DNA of 57,774 bases from an uncultured delta proteobacterium (GTDB taxonomy: Bacteria; Myxococcota; UBA727; VGSZ01), in contig CAVZJB010000009.1 in NCBI GenBank assembly GCA_963775425.1, positions 336,616 through 394,389 of the forward strand. Reading direction: 5' to 3'. A program made the translations under genes and the position numbers. This document shows, one piece after another, positions 54,378 to 57,774 of this stretch (positions within the stretch are counted from its first letter, which is position 1; each line of letters begins with the position of its first letter). The notes beneath the pieces are model-generated. The model was not told where the DNA came from. It saw nothing but the letters and a program-made list of their open reading frames with translations, and did not search any database.

Positions 54378-57377
54378 ATGATCGACGAGACGAAAGCGCG
54401 GGATCTCGCTGCGAAATTGCGAGCGGCCGCAAAGCGGTCTCTTGTCGAGGAGCTCCCGGCGGACGACCTCCGGACGAAGAACTGGCTTCAAGGCGCAGGG
54501 AAACCCGTTGTCGTCGGCACATTCCGCTTCGCCACACCCACTCCCTTCTTCGTCCAAATCTTCGCGAACGCCCGCGGCGGGGCGGGATTCAACGTGGCGA
54601 TCTGCCGGACGATCGGGCAGACCATCATGGACCTGCGCGAGGGCACAACGACTGGTCTCGAATGGACCTATCGGCCAGCAAAGCGGGATGCGCGGAACGG
54701 CGAACGCAAAGTCGCATTCGTGAAACGCGCCGGCAGCGACACCGTGCCCATACCGCTGCCCGACGGCGACGTCGTCGGATTCGCGGAAGCGATCGCCCGA
54801 GCCCTTTCGATCCGGGACGAGGTAGAGCAGAGACTCGGCGGCGATGACGACGACGACGATAACGTGGGCGACGACGCAGAGACGCCGCTCGACGTCTTGC
54901 AACGCTGGTATCCCGACGAGAACGACCTGCGCACCTTGGCTGCCGCGATGGCAGGATCGATCAGGGTGGCCGACGCTGGGAACCGCCGAAGCTGGGTGGT
55001 GAACTACCGGAAGGATCGGGAGGTCGTCCGCCTCAACGTCGGATTCGCGCGCGTCTTCGATATCCGCCGCGGCGATGTCCTCGTCGCCATCAGCACGGAG
55101 AAGCTCCCAGCCACGAGATTGAAAGCGCTGGATGAGCTTGTGGATGAAGAAGGCGGCTCCCTTAGCGAGCAGAAGTACGGGAGGAACGTCGCGCTCCGCC
55201 TTTCGCCGGCGCAGCTCCGCGCGCTCGATGAGGACGTCAAAGCCGCGCACACGGAACTTGTCGTGCGCTGCTCGGCACATGGGACGACCCCGTTCGCTAA
55301 GTTTCACAAGCCGGGTGTCCTCCATGCGCTTCGCGCGCTCAGCGGTGAAGACATCCCCGACCCGACCCTCTCCGTCATCAAGAAGAACTCCTTTTGGAAG
55401 GTCTCACCTGGTGAACACGGCAGTGAGTGGGCCCAATGCCGTGATGGGGGGTATGTCGCCATTGGATGGACTGAACTCGGTGACTTGCAGAACGTCGACG
55501 AGGCTGAGTTCGATCGACGTGCGAGCGCGGCTCGAGCGAAGCACGGGTGGGGGACCGGCGGGCCACTCCAAGTCTGGAAGTTCCGGAACATCAATCTTGG
55601 CGACCGCATCGTCGCCAACGCGGGCACGTCGCGTGTGCTCGGGATCGGAACGGTAGTCGAGCGGTACTACTTCGTGGACGGGACCGAGTTCGGTCACCGC
55701 CTCGGTGTCCGTTGGGACGATGTCACCGAGCGCGTCGTCGACGAATACGGCTGGCGGAGCACGGTGATCCGGCTGACGGAGGAGGCGTTCGACGAGATCA
55801 CGCGGGCGCCGGCTGCCGACGCGGAGGAAGCGGCGCCAGTTCCTGCCGTCGCGCAGCCGAGCGGCGGTATCGACTTCGAGGGGATCATCTCCCGACTAGA
55901 AAGCCGGTCGCTCTCGTTCCCGGCAGAGTTGATCGCGGCGTACCTGCTGGCGCTTCAGGCGCGCCGCTTCGTGTTGCTCACGGGGATCTCCGGTACGGGC
56001 AAGACGCAGCTAGCCCTCGAGGTCGCGCGGCTCTTCGCGCCAGCGGCATCAAGCGCCCGGCACACGCCCGACAACGATCGCGTAGTCATGACCGTAAAGC
56101 CGTACATGTTGAAGTACGGGCGCTTCGTTCTCCCAGTGAAGCTCGCGCAGGACTTCGACGTGCTTTACGACGACAAGAAGCGGCTCGACGTTCGGATGCT
56201 CGGGCGCAGCGCGCCCGAGTCGATGGCGCTCGTCAAGCGCGGCGAGGGCGGCACGCTCCTCTACGTCCTGCTCAGCGGCGAAACGAGACGGGAGTTCATG
56301 CAGAACGTCGTCGAGGGGACTCAACTTGTGGTTCGCCGGGAGGAGAACGAGGGGAAGGAGGTGCTCGTCGTCGAACGAGCAAATGAAGACGTGGCTGCGC
56401 CGACGATCGTGAGTCATCAGCTGGTCGCTGTCCGGCCCGATTGGACCGACGGCCGCGCCCTACTCGGCTTCTACAACCCGCTCACGCGGACGTACGCGTC
56501 GACGCCGACCCTCAACTTGGTCATCCGCGCCGCCGAGGAGGCGCGTCTTGCGGTCGCTGAAGCCCGACCGCCTCGGCCGTTCTTCTTGATCTTCGACGAG
56601 ATGAACCTCGCGCGCGTGGAGCAGTACTTCTCGGATTTCTTGTCGGCGATGGAGTCCGGCGAGCACATCGACCTTCATGACGACGACGAGATTGAAGATG
56701 TGCCCAGCCGGGTCGCTCTTCCGCCCAACCTTTTTGTTGTCGGGACCGTGAACGTCGACGAAACGACGTACATGTTCAGCCCGAAGGTCCTCGACCGCGC
56801 TTTCGTTCTGGAGTTCAACGAGGTGGACCTCGACCTCCTGTCTGGCCGCGGGCCGAAGGAGGAGCCCGACTCGACGCCGCTCGCACTCACGAAGTTGTCC
56901 GGCGGCCTCAAACTGATCGGCAGGCAGACGGACGCCGAGTGGACCGCGTTCGAGCAGCACCGAGGTGGCGAGCTCCGGCGCCTTCTTGACGCCGTTCACC
57001 AGGTTCTCGTCGATGAGAACCGCCACTTCGGCTATCGCGTCGCGCGCGAGATCGCGCGCTTCACGAATCTCGCGTCGGAGCAGACGAACGGAGGTCACGA
57101 TTCTCTGCTCGCGGCGTTCGATGTCGCGCTGCTCGCAAAGGTTCTCCCGAAGCTCGGCGGCACCCAAGCCGACCTCGAACACGTGCTCGATCGCCTGCTG
57201 CTCATCGCATTTGGCGAGGCCCTCAGCGAAACGAAGGCGCTCGACGGATGTCGGCTCGCGCGCGGGAGGCTCTCGGCTGCTGGTGGCGAAGAGCCGCTGC
57301 TACCGAGAACCGCGGCGAAGCTCTGGCGAATGCGGCGGCGACTGGGCGTGCAAGGCTTCGTGAGCTTCATCGAGTAG
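54378..57377 (+). CDS. McrB-family AAA+ GTPase-like protein with a ~500-aa N-terminal region (candidate modification-dependent restriction/defence motor)
   Basis: 999 aa. C-terminal half has Walker A VLLTGISGTGKTQLALEVARLF, the McrB signature PFFLIFDEMNLARVEQYFSDFLSAMES (DEMNRA-type motif) and LFVVGTVNVDETTYMFSPKVLDRAFVLEF. The N-terminal half includes a segment (FWKVSPGEHGSEWAQCRDGGYVAIGWTELGD...GDRIVANAGTSRVLGIGTVV) reminiscent of PUA-like (EVE/ASCH) reader domains. This identification is tentative. Confidence 0.75.
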   Translation: MIDETKARDLAAKLRAAAKRSLVEELPADDLRTKNWLQGAGKPVVVGTFRFATPTPFFVQIFANARGGAGFNVAICRTIGQTIMDLREGTTTGLEWTYRPAKRDARNGERKVAFVKRAGSDTVPIPLPDGDVVGFAEAIARALSIRDEVEQRLGGDDDDDDNVGDDAETPLDVLQRWYPDENDLRTLAAAMAGSIRVADAGNRRSWVVNYRKDREVVRLNVGFARVFDIRRGDVLVAISTEKLPATRLKALDELVDEEGGSLSEQKYGRNVALRLSPAQLRALDEDVKAAHTELVVRCSAHGTTPFAKFHKPGVLHALRALSGEDIPDPTLSVIKKNSFWKVSPGEHGSEWAQCRDGGYVAIGWTELGDLQNVDEAEFDRRASAARAKHGWGTGGPLQVWKFRNINLGDRIVANAGTSRVLGIGTVVERYYFVDGTEFGHRLGVRWDDVTERVVDEYGWRSTVIRLTEEAFDEITRAPAADAEEAAPVPAVAQPSGGIDFEGIISRLESRSLSFPAELIAAYLLALQARRFVLLTGISGTGKTQLALEVARLFAPAASSARHTPDNDRVVMTVKPYMLKYGRFVLPVKLAQDFDVLYDDKKRLDVRMLGRSAPESMALVKRGEGGTLLYVLLSGETRREFMQNVVEGTQLVVRREENEGKEVLVVERANEDVAAPTIVSHQLVAVRPDWTDGRALLGFYNPLTRTYASTPTLNLVIRAAEEARLAVAEARPPRPFFLIFDEMNLARVEQYFSDFLSAMESGEHIDLHDDDEIEDVPSRVALPPNLFVVGTVNVDETTYMFSPKVLDRAFVLEFNEVDLDLLSGRGPKEEPDSTPLALTKLSGGLKLIGRQTDAEWTAFEQHRGGELRRLLDAVHQVLVDENRHFGYRVAREIARFTNLASEQTNGGHDSLLAAFDVALLAKVLPKLGGTQADLEHVLDRLLLIAFGEALSETKALDGCRLARGRLSAAGGEEPLLPRTAAKLWRMRRRLGVQGFVSFIE

Positions 57378-57381
57378 TCGA

Positions 57382-57774
57382 GTGCTTGGGTCGCTCACCT
57401 TCCGAGCGCGCTACGGCATTGAGGTCGCCGAGGATCTCGGGCGCGGTGTGTCGCTCCGTGGCGAAGTGGAGTGGTTCGTCAACGGCGCGCCGCACGAGAT
57501 CGAGCTGCTCATCGCAAGCGTCGGACCGGCCGCGACACGGGTCTCATCGGACGCCGTCCTGCTGCGGTTCGGCAACAGCGTGGGACGATTCGTCCTCGGC
57601 ACGCTCGGAACACTCGTGGTCCGTTGCGGCAAGTGGGGCGACGACGAGTTCGAGGCGATGCTCAACGAGCTCACGGAGGTCGCGCTCGCGCTTCCGTTCG
57701 CGGCGGATCAGACCGCGGGGCTCCCCCACGATCGTTCCTTGGCGCGGCACAACGAGATCCTGCTCCACGCGTTT
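57382..57774 (+). CDS. hypothetical protein, 5' part only (runs off the right window edge); possible partner subunit of the McrB-like protein
   Basis: GTG 5 nt after the McrB-like stop. High-GC3 reading VLGSLTFRARYGIEVAEDLGRGVSLRGEVEWFVNGAPHEIELLIASVGP... continues open to the window end. Not in the ORF track (no stop). Partner role inferred from position only. Confidence 0.4.
   Translation, partial: MLGSLTFRARYGIEVAEDLGRGVSLRGEVEWFVNGAPHEIELLIASVGPAATRVSSDAVLLRFGNSVGRFVLGTLGTLVVRCGKWGDDEFEAMLNELTEVALALPFAADQTAGLPHDRSLARHNEILLHAF

Overview
This 57.8-kb window is very GC-rich (roughly 70% by eye), and third codon positions are almost all G/C. Reading frame choice was made on that wobble bias plus recognisable protein motifs. 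No rRNA, tRNA or CRISPR array was seen.

Most of the window is a flagellar and motility regulon split across three transcription units:
- A minus-strand flgF-flgG-flgA-flgH-flgI-flgJ-flgM-flgN-flgK operon (1-6166). Its FlgJ carries an M23 peptidase domain in place of a muramidase.
- A minus-strand flhA-flhF-flhG-fliA operon (6747-11504). A second FliA-family sigma-factor gene lies upstream of it behind an intrinsic terminator, and an NtrC-type sigma-54 activator lies beyond that.
- A roughly 21-kb plus-strand gene run (23871-44637): HDOD protein, PilT-family ATPase, flbD-motA-motB, a receiver-less sigma-54 activator, an unknown secreted protein, then flgB-flgC-fliE-fliF-fliG-fliH-fliI-(YlxF/MotE-like)-fliK-flgD-flgE-fliL-fliM-fliN-fliO-fliP-fliQ-fliR-flhB. 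Many junctions show ATGA/GTGA stop-start overlaps.

Between and after these units are several other blocks:
- A signalling and biosynthesis block (14331-21583). It encodes a metalloprotease with a MYXO-CTERM-like tail, a small unknown protein, a CheY-like receiver and a GAF histidine kinase. It continues with a frameshifted TPP enzyme, a KAS-III-like condensing enzyme, a DUF2378/TIGR02265-like protein and a free-standing DHp (histidine-kinase dimerisation) protein.
- A hybrid histidine kinase on the minus strand (21767-23668).
- Downstream of flhB: a second HDOD protein, a Cys/His-motif hypothetical protein and a 1110-aa REC-GAF-PAS-HK-REC-REC-GGDEF-like protein.
- A calpain-like protease gene disrupted by a 5-bp tandem duplication, a family-1 uracil-DNA glycosylase with a long N-terminal extension, and a small RsbR-N-like protein.
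- At the right edge, a lower-GC segment precedes a McrB-like AAA+ protein with a long N-terminal region and a truncated downstream partner. This is a candidate modification-dependent restriction or defence module.

The MYXO-CTERM-like tail and the TIGR02265-like protein point to Myxococcota, possibly a flagellated lineage such as Anaeromyxobacter. This is inference only.
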